A program made the translations under genes and the position numbers. This document shows, piece after piece, positions 54,810-63,146 of a stretch of 64,000 nt of DNA. The DNA comes from a virus (lineage: Duplodnaviria; Caudoviricetes), in the IMG/VR virus record IMGVR_UViG_3300020577_005931, positions 190-64,189 of that record, one strand, 5' to 3'. Every line of letters starts with the position of its first letter. The first letter of the stretch is position 1. A model generated the notes under the pieces. It saw nothing but the letters and a program-made list of their open reading frames with translations, made no database searches and was not told the origin of the DNA.

Positions 54810-55133
54810 TTACGCAGTCTTCGACTTCTTGGCAGCTTTGGCTGGCTCGGCCGCTTTTGCTGCCTTCACAGCTTTGGCAACCTTTCCCTGCTTGACCTTC
54901 TGGGCAGCAGCCTGGGCCTTGGCTTTTTCCTTGGCCTTCGCAGCCTTTGCAGCTTCAGCCGGAGTCATCAGCTCGTCTTCACGAAAGCGCCAAGCCCGTT
55001 TGCTTGAAGGAGCCTGGGCGTCAACTGAAACCCCAGACTTGTCAGCGTAGAATCCGACTACTGTGCAAGTCTTACCAGACTTACGAGCGACCAATTCCTG
55101 GCCGATAGAGAACTTCACTTTGACGCTTGCCAT
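54810..55133 (-). CDS. Small beta-barrel domain with histone H1-like Ala/Lys tail
   Basis: KFSIGQELV...GKTCTVVG N-term; AAKAAKAKEKAKA...AKAAKKSKTA C-term. Confidence 0.8.
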   Translation of the reverse strand: MASVKVKFSIGQELVARKSGKTCTVVGFYADKSGVSVDAQAPSSKRAWRFREDELMTPAEAAKAAKAKEKAKAQAAAQKVKQGKVAKAVKAAKAAEPAKAAKKSKTA

Positions 55134-55183
55134 GTTGTCACCCTCTAGTTGATTTTACAAACAGGCATATGCCTGTCTGCGTA

Positions 55184-55212
55184 AATATAACACCAGGAAA
55201 TTATGTCTACAA
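55184..55212 (-). promoter_or_regulatory. Sigma70-like promoter of H1-like gene
   Basis: TTGTAG-17 bp-TATATT on minus strand. Confidence 0.6.
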
Positions 55213-55545
55213 TACCTTTAACAAACGGGCAGCTGCCAGTATGTCGCCCGGCGGAAGCCGCTTGAGCGCCCGGAGCTGGAGGTTGGAAAGCGCCCTTATC
55301 ACTTCGCAAATGACGGCCTCATCCAAAACCTTCCCCTCGGCCAAATATATTCTTCTGACACCCGCCCCAGACCCTCTGTGAGTAGACTTGCTGATGCCAG
55401 AGGTCAAGTCAAACAACTCCGCCCCCGCCACTTCTATCGTGCAGTTAGAGAGGTTCACATAAGTCACTTTCCGCCTCTCTTTATGGAAGTGAGGTTTTCC
55501 ACTACATAAAACTACGAAATCCCCCAGGGAGTGTTTACTGAACAT
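55207..55545 (-). CDS. Hypothetical protein
   Basis: AAGGA RBS before MFSKHSL. Confidence 0.65.
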   Translation of the reverse strand: MFSKHSLGDFVVLCSGKPHFHKERRKVTYVNLSNCTIEVAGAELFDLTSGISKSTHRGSGAGVRRIYLAEGKVLDEAVICEVIRALSNLQLRALKRLPPGDILAAARLLKVL

Positions 55546-55588
55546 TGCGATTTTCCTTGTGCTTACATTTAACCTTCTGACCGTTAAA

Positions 55589-56212
55589 TTAACAAACCCC
55601 CCACTGGATTGCCATCGCCTTGGCGATCCCCGGGAAAGTCCTGGACCGGTCCTTGGCCCGCCTGTCATTTTCAGGGTGATTATCTCTCCCCGAGTCCCCC
55701 TGGTTCCCCCAACGCTTCGCCAACTTACCATTATGGTAAACCATCCGTGGTGGGTACCACTCGGATTCTGGAGGTATTACTAGTGGATCCACGCCTCTTA
55801 CCCACAAGCAAGTCCGCTTGCTGGCGTCATCCCCAAACTGGTACGGCTGAATCATCTGGTCAAACTTCCTGAACCTGGTGGAGATGATTCCGACCGGGTT
55901 CTCCAGCACCACCTTGGGAATATCGCAGTGATACAGCGCCAGGAAGAACTCCAGCGCGTCTTCAGTGAGCTGAGGGTCCCTCAACCCCCTGGTAGTCCAG
56001 TGCATCCCCGAGCCGCACAGGTAGGTGCAGGGAGGGTGGGCAATCATCAGGTCCCATTTCCCTTTCAGGATGACCCTCAGGAGGTCATCCTGAACATGAT
56101 AAGGGGAGTCATCTTCTGATGGGTCCAGGTCACAACTCCACGCCTCATGCCCGAGGGTGCGGAAAGCCTCACGCACCCTCCCTGAATACTCACAGCCTAC
56201 CAGAACCCTCAC
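55589..56212 (-). CDS. Short phage DNA cytosine-C5 methyltransferase-like protein
   Basis: CEYSG, HPPCTYL, LENP, KRTCLW, RSRTFPGIAKAMA.QWG. Confidence 0.8.
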   Translation of the reverse strand: MRVLVGCEYSGRVREAFRTLGHEAWSCDLDPSEDDSPYHVQDDLLRVILKGKWDLMIAHPPCTYLCGSGMHWTTRGLRDPQLTEDALEFFLALYHCDIPKVVLENPVGIISTRFRKFDQMIQPYQFGDDASKRTCLWVRGVDPLVIPPESEWYPPRMVYHNGKLAKRWGNQGDSGRDNHPENDRRAKDRSRTFPGIAKAMAIQWGVC

Positions 56213-56524
56213 TTACATCACCCCGGTAAAGTCGGAAATCTTCCTGATCCAGCTGTACTTCTTCTTCCAGGAGTCCAGATACCACCCCCCGGTCAGGAAC
56301 CATTTCACCGAGGCCAAGACGACAAAGAATGCAAATGCTAAGGGAAGCAGCAATCTCCCTGCTACCCCGACCGAGCACCTCTGGGTGACCCTCAAGTAGC
56401 AAACCCTGTAATTTTTACTCTCAAACAGGATGTCCTCTATCTCGGTTGCGCTCTTGTTAGCCAGCTTGCTGGCCATACGTTCCAAATCAGCCGCCCAGAG
56501 GTAATGTTCGTCAGAGAAGATCAT
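56213..56524 (-). CDS. Hypothetical membrane protein
   Basis: One TM segment; tight packing. Confidence 0.7.
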   Translation of the reverse strand: MIFSDEHYLWAADLERMASKLANKSATEIEDILFESKNYRVCYLRVTQRCSVGVAGRLLLPLAFAFFVVLASVKWFLTGGWYLDSWKKKYSWIRKISDFTGVM

Positions 56525-56793
56525 GGCTGCACCTCCACAGGTTGGCGGGAAAGGAAAAGGCTACGCTTTTTGTTGGGAGCCGAGAGCCGCATGAGAGGCC
56601 CCATCTTGGTAGGGAGACGATGTAGCATCGCCGATGAGACTGGCGATGCCAAGCGAATCATCCGATCCAACGCCCAGTTACAGGCAGCATCCGGGATCAT
56701 GTTGTGGTCGGTGGTTGAAAACACCACACGCATTGACTCATTGGCGTGGTCCACCTCGATAAGGGAGGTGAGGCAGAGGACTGTCTCAGACAT
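56521..56793 (-). CDS. Hypothetical protein
   Basis: ATGA overlap. Confidence 0.6.
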   Translation of the reverse strand: MSETVLCLTSLIEVDHANESMRVVFSTTDHNMIPDAACNWALDRMIRLASPVSSAMLHRLPTKMGPLMRLSAPNKKRSLFLSRQPVEVQP

Positions 56794-57028
56794 ACGGTAA
56801 CGCTCCCAGGTCGATAATGTGAAATTTCAACTTCCCGCCGCCCGGCATATCAAATCTCGCGCTGACCGGTATATTTGCCTGCAGCAACGCAAATACCCCG
56901 TTCCACTTCTCAGGAAACTGCCTTGATACCACCGGGATCACCTCTTTAGACTCCAGCGTGGTGTGGATCAAACTCTCCCCGCCCAATGGGGCAGGCCTTT
57001 CAAACGTAGTTACATAAAGATAAGCCAT
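56786..57028 (-). CDS. Hypothetical protein
   Basis: AGGAG RBS. Confidence 0.7.
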   Translation of the reverse strand: MAYLYVTTFERPAPLGGESLIHTTLESKEVIPVVSRQFPEKWNGVFALLQANIPVSARFDMPGGGKLKFHIIDLGALPYV

Positions 57029-57038
57029 ATCTGTTCTC

Positions 57039-57383
57039 CTAAAAGGGAGGGTCGTCCGAGTACGAATAGTAACTAGCAGGTACCTGTTTGTCTAGGAGCG
57101 ACCTCTCTATCTGCTCGTCGATCTGACGCTCCCTGTACTCCGGCCAATGATGGCAGTACACATGAGACCCCAGCCTGTGCGGGTAATCTGGCGCTCCGCA
57201 ACAGCAAGTCTTACCGGTCACCTTGTTATGCCCAGCCTCCCTCCCTGAGCTCCTGTACCTGTCCAGATAAACAAAACTCCCGCAGTGTTTGCACTTTGGT
57301 CTGTTAATATAGTGGTGAAAAGGTTTCGACTTTGTCGACCTCCTTCCACAATACTTGTTAAGACACCGAACACTGATACGCAC
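57039..57383 (-). CDS. Cys/His-rich putative zinc-binding protein
   Basis: CxxxxC, CxxC, CCC..DYPHR.GS..C.H. Confidence 0.7.
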   Translation of the reverse strand: MRISVRCLNKYCGRRSTKSKPFHHYINRPKCKHCGSFVYLDRYRSSGREAGHNKVTGKTCCCGAPDYPHRLGSHVYCHHWPEYRERQIDEQIERSLLDKQVPASYYSYSDDPPF

Positions 57384-57396
57384 TGAGATTAACCTC

Positions 57397-57927
57397 TCAC
57401 AAGTTCATCGCCTCTATCTTGCTGAGGATACAGCAGATCTTGCAATCCTCATTTGTAGTGCCAGCCGAATGCCCGTGGAACTGCTCCTCGCAAGCTGACT
57501 TTATCTCGTTGTAACGCTCCCTCCAGAAATCTCTTTCATTCACCGTCGTTTGCTGAGCGGAAGCCAAAGCCTTACTAACCTTCGTCATGTGCGGGGTCAG
57601 GTTATACCACTCGCTAGTACCACATTTACAGCTTGCGAATGGGCCATCGTAATCATGCTCATACAACTCACCGCACTTATCGCATATACCATGCTTGAGT
57701 AGAAGATTTTGAGCGGCCTCCAGGCGTTTATTTAATTCATTTATTTTTATCGCTGCTGCAGAATTACTCACCCTTGCATCAAGGGCAACCTCGACATTCC
57801 AGTCAATCACATCTTTTATAGCCTTCGCAGGGTTATCGTCGTGGCTGGAGTTGTAGATGTGGGCGCAAACAAGCTCATCAATCACCGCTTCCCTAAATAA
57901 CTTATATAAAGATTCTTTGTCATTCAT
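57397..57927 (-). CDS. Hypothetical protein with zinc ribbon
   Basis: CDKC, CKC, H...C..C motifs. Confidence 0.7.
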   Translation of the reverse strand: MNDKESLYKLFREAVIDELVCAHIYNSSHDDNPAKAIKDVIDWNVEVALDARVSNSAAAIKINELNKRLEAAQNLLLKHGICDKCGELYEHDYDGPFASCKCGTSEWYNLTPHMTKVSKALASAQQTTVNERDFWRERYNEIKSACEEQFHGHSAGTTNEDCKICCILSKIEAMNL

Positions 57928-58298
57928 GCTTTTACCCTCAATTTTAATTGAGAAGAGACCTTCTTCAACCGCTTCGTAAAATTATACGAATTTGAATTGT
58001 GTCGCCTCATTAGACCCGCAAGTTCACTCTCCAACTCCTCTATCTGACTTTGTGTAGCCCCGAAAACAAGAGAATTATGCAATCTCTTGTAACAATCAAT
58101 CACCTCATTAGCAGATTTCTGCATGTAAACTGCGTGTTCAAGAGCTGAAATTGTGTAATTTTCCTTTATTAAAGTGGTGGAGTTTTCTTGCGGATTCGAC
58201 TTGCTACCAGGAAAACTGGCAAGAAGAAGTATTGCAATAACAATAGAAGCTAACACGATACTCTCCCATAGGTTTACCTCGATTTTATTCACGAACAA
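57924..58298 (-). CDS. Hypothetical protein with N-terminal TM
   Basis: SIVLASIVIAILLLASF; AT-rich. Confidence 0.6.
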   Translation of the reverse strand: MFVNKIEVNLWESIVLASIVIAILLLASFPGSKSNPQENSTTLIKENYTISALEHAVYMQKSANEVIDCYKRLHNSLVFGATQSQIEELESELAGLMRRHNSNSYNFTKRLKKVSSQLKLRVKA

Positions 58299-58608
58299 TC
58301 ACCGCCCCACAGAAAGGGCAGAATTTCCATGCTGATACACCTAACTCATGTTGCTCCACCGGCACTACCTCTACTCCATTACAAGAAGCCGCCGACAACC
58401 CGCTGTCCGAGTTACACATATCATACCTGCATGTCAACCTCGTTTGTGACTGCGGAGGAAACTTCTCCCTCGCCCTTATCCTTCGGATAGTGTAGGCAGG
58501 AACCCCCACTTTTTCAGAAAGAGTCGATGCCCTTTCAGCCGATAGAAGAATCCTTTCGAGGGTTCTCGGGGTTAAGTCGTGATAAGACGAGGATCGGCGT
58601 GGCATCAC
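58285..58608 (-). CDS. HTH-like plus zinc-ribbon protein
   Basis: LSEKVGVPAYTIRRIR; WKFCPFCG. Confidence 0.6.
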   Translation of the reverse strand: MMPRRSSSYHDLTPRTLERILLSAERASTLSEKVGVPAYTIRRIRAREKFPPQSQTRLTCRYDMCNSDSGLSAASCNGVEVVPVEQHELGVSAWKFCPFCGAVIVRE

Positions 58609-58913
58609 TTACTTCCCTTCTTGTTTAAGGATTGACCAGGAATCTTGCAGCTTCCCGGCTGGTCAGGCGCAGGGAAAGCAGAAATCATCTCGTCACCCTG
58701 AACGATTTGAATGATGTCGCAGCCACGCACCTGGGTTATTACTGTCTCGATTGCTGGCTGGGTGGAAGGGGGTGTTATTAAAGGTGGGGCAGTCGTCTCA
58801 AACAACTGCCAAGTGAGGATGATAATAGCCGACACCCCGATGACTCTTACTACCACGTCTACCACTTGGTCTAATAAACCAGTGTGGGCGTATATATTAT
58901 TCCGATTACCCAT
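58605..58913 (-). CDS. Hypothetical membrane protein
   Basis: GGAG RBS before MGNRNN; one TM. Confidence 0.65.
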   Translation of the reverse strand: MGNRNNIYAHTGLLDQVVDVVVRVIGVSAIIILTWQLFETTAPPLITPPSTQPAIETVITQVRGCDIIQIVQGDEMISAFPAPDQPGSCKIPGQSLNKKGSK

Positions 58914-58915
58914 AC

Positions 58916-59167
58916 CTAAACTCCTCCGCAAACAGCACACATCTTGTCCCCGCACCCACGATACTCAAGGAAAAACCTCTCCTGGGTATTAGTATCCACG
59001 TACTCTACATTTACCAGACAGCTTTGCTTATTAAACCCGACAGGCTGTGGAGGTAAACCGTCGCAACGTGGAACAACCCCTTTAACCCCAGCGCACAAAT
59101 GCCCTTGCACATTAGCACGGTCAAATAACCATTCTTCAAGTTCTTTTCTGTTTAATAATTCCATCAC
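58916..59167 (-). CDS. Cys-rich hypothetical protein
   Basis: TGATG coupling; four Cys. Confidence 0.6.
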   Translation of the reverse strand: MMELLNRKELEEWLFDRANVQGHLCAGVKGVVPRCDGLPPQPVGFNKQSCLVNVEYVDTNTQERFFLEYRGCGDKMCAVCGGV

Positions 59168-59334
59168 GTAACCCTCTCCCAGACAGCTTCCAATCTCTCA
59201 TATTGCTTGGGGCTCAAGCCTCTCTCGGCTAATTGATTTGAAATGCTGTCGATAAAATTGATCTCCCATTCGGAAAGTTTTGAGGGACGCTTTTCAATAT
59301 CCTCGATCATTTGAATGATTTCTTCAGTTTTCAT
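59164..59334 (-). CDS. 56-aa hypothetical protein missed by the ORF track
   Basis: MKTEEIIQMIEDIEKRPSKLSEWEINFIDSI...LSPKQYERLEAVWERVT; overlaps both neighbours by 4 bp. Confidence 0.7.
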   Translation of the reverse strand: MKTEEIIQMIEDIEKRPSKLSEWEINFIDSISNQLAERGLSPKQYERLEAVWERVT

Positions 59335-60002
59335 GGACATACAGGTACCTCTATGTTTACGGGGGTGGTATGTGTTGACTTCGTCAACGTCAAGTCATAC
59401 TGCCTGACCGCCCACGCTATTGCGTAGCAGCACCAGACGTAGTGCCAGGTGAACTGTCGGCAATCCACCTCCCAGAAATCATGGAAAGGGCTCTCAAGTT
59501 GGAAATCGAAATCCCTGGCCGCGCCATAAGCAGCGTCTTGGCCGTCGCAACCAGCACCGATCACCTCATCATTGACGGCAGCCATGAACTCCTTCTTCTT
59601 ACTACGTGGCCAGTCTTCACAGTAGTCGCGGGCAGCCTCAAGGATGCGTTGGTCAAAAAGTTCCTCGCTGAACTCCTTGTACCCTCCATGAGGACACACA
59701 GAGATCAACTTCTCGCCCCAATAGCCCTTGTTGATACTCAGGCCACCATTGCGGTTGTAGTTGAAGTCAGACTTGTCCGTCCGGAAGAAATCGAACATAT
59801 CCGGCAGACGGGAAAACGCATAGGTTCCACAGTCGCCGTTAATGCAAAGCGCACCCGGCCAGGTAAGGATGTTGAACCAGTAACTGGATGAGTCGGGGCG
59901 TCGGAACTGCAGGTGACGGTACACCCCGTTATCCTGCAAGATGGTCATTTGGTGTGTCGCGACATCCTCAAGGAATCGCTGCTCAGTGCATTGGTCAGTC
60001 AT
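59331..60002 (-). CDS. Conserved-type phage hypothetical protein
   Basis: HQMTILQDNGVYRHL.F, TWPG.L.I.GD.G.Y.F.RL.DMF.FFR, YW.EKL. Confidence 0.85.
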   Translation of the reverse strand: MTDQCTEQRFLEDVATHQMTILQDNGVYRHLQFRRPDSSSYWFNILTWPGALCINGDCGTYAFSRLPDMFDFFRTDKSDFNYNRNGGLSINKGYWGEKLISVCPHGGYKEFSEELFDQRILEAARDYCEDWPRSKKKEFMAAVNDEVIGAGCDGQDAAYGAARDFDFQLESPFHDFWEVDCRQFTWHYVWCCYAIAWAVRQYDLTLTKSTHTTPVNIEVPVCP

Positions 60003-60369
60003 TGTGCGCCACTCCAGTTTCAGGTTGACCTATGGCCACCAGCCCATAATCACAGATGAAATCATATTCGTGACCCCAGTAAGTACCATCCTCGGCGCAA
60101 TCATCCTCATCAAGCTGACCAGGAGAAGGGCGCTCCTGCTTGTTGATCATCTGGCAGGTGTGAGTGATCTCCCCAGCAATAACCTGCTCGACCTCCTCCA
60201 TCCAGTAGTCATCCAGGTACTGACGGATGATAGAGATGGAATCAGCATCACGGTCAGCTGCGGAGCGGTAGTAAATGAACCCGTCCCCCTCAGGGTCGTA
60301 CAGGAAAAACCTGAACTCAGGGGTGGGGAAGTGCGATGTGGGGATTTTGTTGGGGGTAGGGTTAGTCAT
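59995..60369 (-). CDS. Conserved-type phage hypothetical protein
   Basis: FFLYDPEGDG..YY....RD; W.EEVEQV. Confidence 0.8.
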   Translation of the reverse strand: MTNPTPNKIPTSHFPTPEFRFFLYDPEGDGFIYYRSAADRDADSISIIRQYLDDYWMEEVEQVIAGEITHTCQMINKQERPSPGQLDEDDCAEDGTYWGHEYDFICDYGLVAIGQPETGVAHND

Positions 60370-60719
60370 GATTCACCTCTGGCTTCCTGGATGTCATTCA
60401 GTATGTGCCGGCCGTTTTCGGCATCTACCGCCTTTATAAAAATTTCGCATCGCCCTAAAAGATGCAGGAGTGAGCCGATACGATCTTGCAGCTCATAAAC
60501 CGTCTTTTCCGAATACAAAGGAACACTGTCCTCATTCGGATTGCCCACCGGGATGCTGTAGGCATGCGCGAAAATCTCCTCGGTAGCGAACCTCTCAAGG
60601 TCACTTGGGTACATGTGGGCGATTGGGGCAGGTCTCCCAGTCTTAACCGGTATATCGTCATACAACCCGTTTTTCTCCCGTATATCGGCGGGAACGGTCT
60701 TCACTGTGGGGAAGTTCAT
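60366..60719 (-). CDS. Hypothetical protein
   Basis: GAGG RBS, ATGA overlap favour MNFPTV start. Confidence 0.65.
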   Translation of the reverse strand: MNFPTVKTVPADIREKNGLYDDIPVKTGRPAPIAHMYPSDLERFATEEIFAHAYSIPVGNPNEDSVPLYSEKTVYELQDRIGSLLHLLGRCEIFIKAVDAENGRHILNDIQEARGES

Positions 60720-60940
60720 AACACCACCTCTTTTGGCTGATGCGGGTAATACGCACCCGGCCAAACGATAGTAGTATCGGGTTCAGCGAAAGGCTGGTTC
60801 AGTACGACAGGCCCAACGAAATAATTTTCATCCCGGCAGGCTGCAAGAGCTGACTCAAGATTGTCGTATACCCCGTTCATCTCCCAGACCGGGCCGTGAT
60901 CAGTGCTCTTTAGGTGCTTACCAACAACATACAGTTTCAT
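60716..60940 (-). CDS. Hypothetical protein
   Basis: W...GVYD.LE.A..AC....FVGP..LN. Confidence 0.7.
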   Translation of the reverse strand: MKLYVVGKHLKSTDHGPVWEMNGVYDNLESALAACRDENYFVGPVVLNQPFAEPDTTIVWPGAYYPHQPKEVVL

Positions 60941-61224
60941 ACCTTCACCTCATTCCTGGCAGCAGTGGCATTCTGGATAGCCGCGTGGAGCGGGGTGCCA
61001 GGAGGGGTATCCGACAACTCGAAAAGCAGGGCATTGAGGTGGAAAAGAAGCTGCTTGACGACTTCGGCTGATGGCTGCCTGGCGTTGAGGGCCTGGGCGA
61101 GGTAATGTCCCGCGAGGGCGATACCGGCGTTGCCGCCACCGAAAATGTTCTCTGGTTCATCGGGGCCATAGATCTGTTCGTGGAGAAGTTTTAGGTCTGT
61201 GCCGACTGAATGGGGCATGGTCAT
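60937..61224 (-). CDS. Hypothetical protein
   Basis: AGGAC RBS; ATGA overlap. Confidence 0.7.
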   Translation of the reverse strand: MTMPHSVGTDLKLLHEQIYGPDEPENIFGGGNAGIALAGHYLAQALNARQPSAEVVKQLLFHLNALLFELSDTPPGTPLHAAIQNATAARNEVKV

Positions 61225-61238
61225 TGGAGAGTCCTCTT

Positions 61239-61478
61239 TTAATTGAAAGAATCCGGGTCATCCCGGAGGTCATCGAGTTTTTGCATAGCCAGCTCAATAG
61301 CCGCTTCGAGAGTATCAGCCACCACCTCGACATATCCGCACGACTCCCCGAGCATTACGTTGGTGCTCCGGTTAACTGCGGATATGTTCCACTCTTCACC
61401 TGAATAATGCACGGCGATATCACGGTTAGGGGCGTGGGCTGGGATGTGGAGGTATAAATCGTGAAGGGTAGGGGTCAT
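61239..61478 (-). CDS. Hypothetical protein, first gene of minus-strand early operon
   Basis: Same 17-bp initiation region as next gene; MTPTLHDL start. Confidence 0.65.
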   Translation of the reverse strand: MTPTLHDLYLHIPAHAPNRDIAVHYSGEEWNISAVNRSTNVMLGESCGYVEVVADTLEAAIELAMQKLDDLRDDPDSFN

Positions 61479-61591
61479 TGGAGAGTCCTGTGGCGATGGA
61501 AGGTAGAAATAATTGTATATGGTTATTTTAGGGATTGGAAGCGGGGGCGGGTTGAGAGGGGGGGAATCGCACTTGGCCGCGCACCTGAACA

Positions 61592-61677
61592 CTGTATAAA
61601 AGTACACCCTGGGTATACATACAGTATTGACACCCTGCCCTAGCTGTGCTAGGCGCTGGTACTGTATAGATAACCAG
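61592..61677. promoter_or_regulatory. Cluster of LexA (SOS) boxes around a TTGACA element
   Basis: CTGtataaaagtaCAC 61592, CTGggtatacataCAG 61609, CTGtatagataacCAG 61662; TTGACA at 61627. Confidence 0.75.
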
Positions 61678-61733
61678 TGCCGTATGTGGAAAGTACCTAT
61701 ACCACTTTTCTTGACTTTTCAAAACCCCTTAAA

Positions 61734-61775
61734 AATCAATAACTTAAAAAACACCTATTCGGTAAGTCATTGATT
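61734..61775. promoter_or_regulatory. Two inverted IHF consensus sites
   Basis: AATCAATAACTTA (61734) and reverse complement AATCAATGACTTA (61763-61775); both fit WATCAANNNNTTR. Confidence 0.7.
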
Positions 61776-61902
61776 TATAAGGGAAAAAATAATTCTTGTA
61801 CCTAGTACAGTCTTTCAGTAGAGTAGCACTTGTCTGGTGCAAGCCAAGCCCGACACCACCAAGGGCAAAAAGGTGCCACGCCCGAGGTGTAACCAAAACC
61901 GA

Positions 61903-61922
61903 GTAGTCCGGTTTCGGACTAC
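61903..61922. repeat. Palindrome family copy 1
   Basis: GTAGTCCG-gttt-CGGACTAC. Confidence 0.9.
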
Positions 61923-61953
61923 AAAAACCACACATTCAGATATAGGTGACCTC

Positions 61954-62673
61954 ATGAAAAACCATAGCGAGTTATTTAATGCAATCAAAAATGGGAGCCA
62001 ATTAGCGGATGCAGCAGCATATATAAGTAAGGTTGAGGTAGGATACATAGCCAAGATTCAAGGGTTGTGGCTGAAAACAGGTGAAGCCCTTGCTGCTAAC
62101 GGCAGCATTCAAACCGCAAACAACCTACTGACAGAGTTGAAAAACTACTATCCAGCGAATAGGCTTGGAGAAAAAGCTAAAAGCATTTGCAAAGGTTCAA
62201 GTGATGCGGGAATGCCGCTGTATTACTATCAAACGGCAAAGGGTAACGGAAACCCTGCATCCTTTCACTTGGCACCAGCACCGCAATCAGCCACCGAAAA
62301 AATGCGCGATATTGCACTAGCGCAAAGGGCACTTGAAAAGGACGTTAAAAAAGCGGAAAAAAGTGGCGACAAAATAATGGTTCAGGTATGCAAGGAGATT
62401 GCTGAAGATTTGCAAGACGAAGTTGAAGCCCTTACTCCAGAGTATCAAGCCGAGTTGAAAGCAGCACGGGAAAGCCAACGTCAGAAGTTGATGCAATCGG
62501 TCTACGATGCAATGATGAACGGCACCATAGATTCGGCTGATCTAGAGTACGTCGCGTTAAAAGCAGCGACCGATTTACTTGCTGCTAAAGTAGAAGCCGA
62601 CAATGCAGAGGCGAAAGCCGACAATGCAGAGGCGAAAGCCGACAATGCAGGGGGTGAAAAACTGGCCGCATAA
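61954..62673 (+). CDS. Hypothetical helical protein
   Basis: AGGT RBS before MKNHSEL; 239 aa; ADNAEAK repeats at C-term. Confidence 0.75.
   Translation: MKNHSELFNAIKNGSQLADAAAYISKVEVGYIAKIQGLWLKTGEALAANGSIQTANNLLTELKNYYPANRLGEKAKSICKGSSDAGMPLYYYQTAKGNGNPASFHLAPAPQSATEKMRDIALAQRALEKDVKKAEKSGDKIMVQVCKEIAEDLQDEVEALTPEYQAELKAARESQRQKLMQSVYDAMMNGTIDSADLEYVALKAATDLLAAKVEADNAEAKADNAEAKADNAGGEKLAA
62596..62650 (+). repeat. 21-bp coding tandem repeat, about 2.6 copies
   Basis: gccgacaatgcagaggcgaaa. Confidence 0.9.
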
Positions 62674-62714
62674 GCCGGACGCATGACGCAAGGATGCGCC
62701 TAAATCTAATCTAG

Positions 62715-62755
62715 TACACCAAGGGTAGGCATCCCCAAGGCCTACCCTTGGTGTA
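62715..62755. repeat. Perfect 16-bp inverted repeat
   Basis: TACACCAAGGGTAGGC-9 nt-GCCTACCCTTGGTGTA. Confidence 0.9.
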
Positions 62756-62815
62756 GGCGCGCGCTCACACGTTCGCGCGGGTAGGTTCTATTTTTCTATT
62801 TCTTATGAAGGCTAT

Positions 62816-62859
62816 TTCAGCTCAAAAGTAGTCCGAAACCGGACTACTTTTGAGCTGAA
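62816..62859. repeat. Palindrome family copy 2, perfect 20-bp arms
   Basis: TTCAGCTCAAAAGTAGTCCG-aaac-CGGACTACTTTTGAGCTGAA. Confidence 0.95.
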
Positions 62860-63124
62860 GGATTTTCCAAGAAAATTGGAGTCTCAATTCATAGTACGCC
62901 AGGGATTTTCCCATAGTACGCGGTGGAACCCCGCGAAAGGAGGAGGTCTGTTTCCGTGATTCGGAAAGAACCATCAAAAGATGCTTCTTTTTATCATGGA
63001 TTTTAAGAAAAGCATAGGCAAGCACCCGCAATCTAGGGGTTTTCCCTTAGTAATTCCACCCGTTTTTGGTCATTTTTCGACCAATTCCCGCACAATGGGA
63101 AGGGTCTAACTCGGCCAGAAGGAA

Positions 63125-63146
63125 AGTAGTCCGAATTCGGACTACT
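63125..63146. repeat. Palindrome family copy 3
   Basis: AGTAGTCCG-aatt-CGGACTACT. Confidence 0.9.

Noticed and set aside
62816-62859. Protelomerase (telRL-like) site of a linear plasmid prophage
   Set aside because: Centre is a non-palindromic 4-nt loop, the core recurs four times, and no protelomerase is in the window
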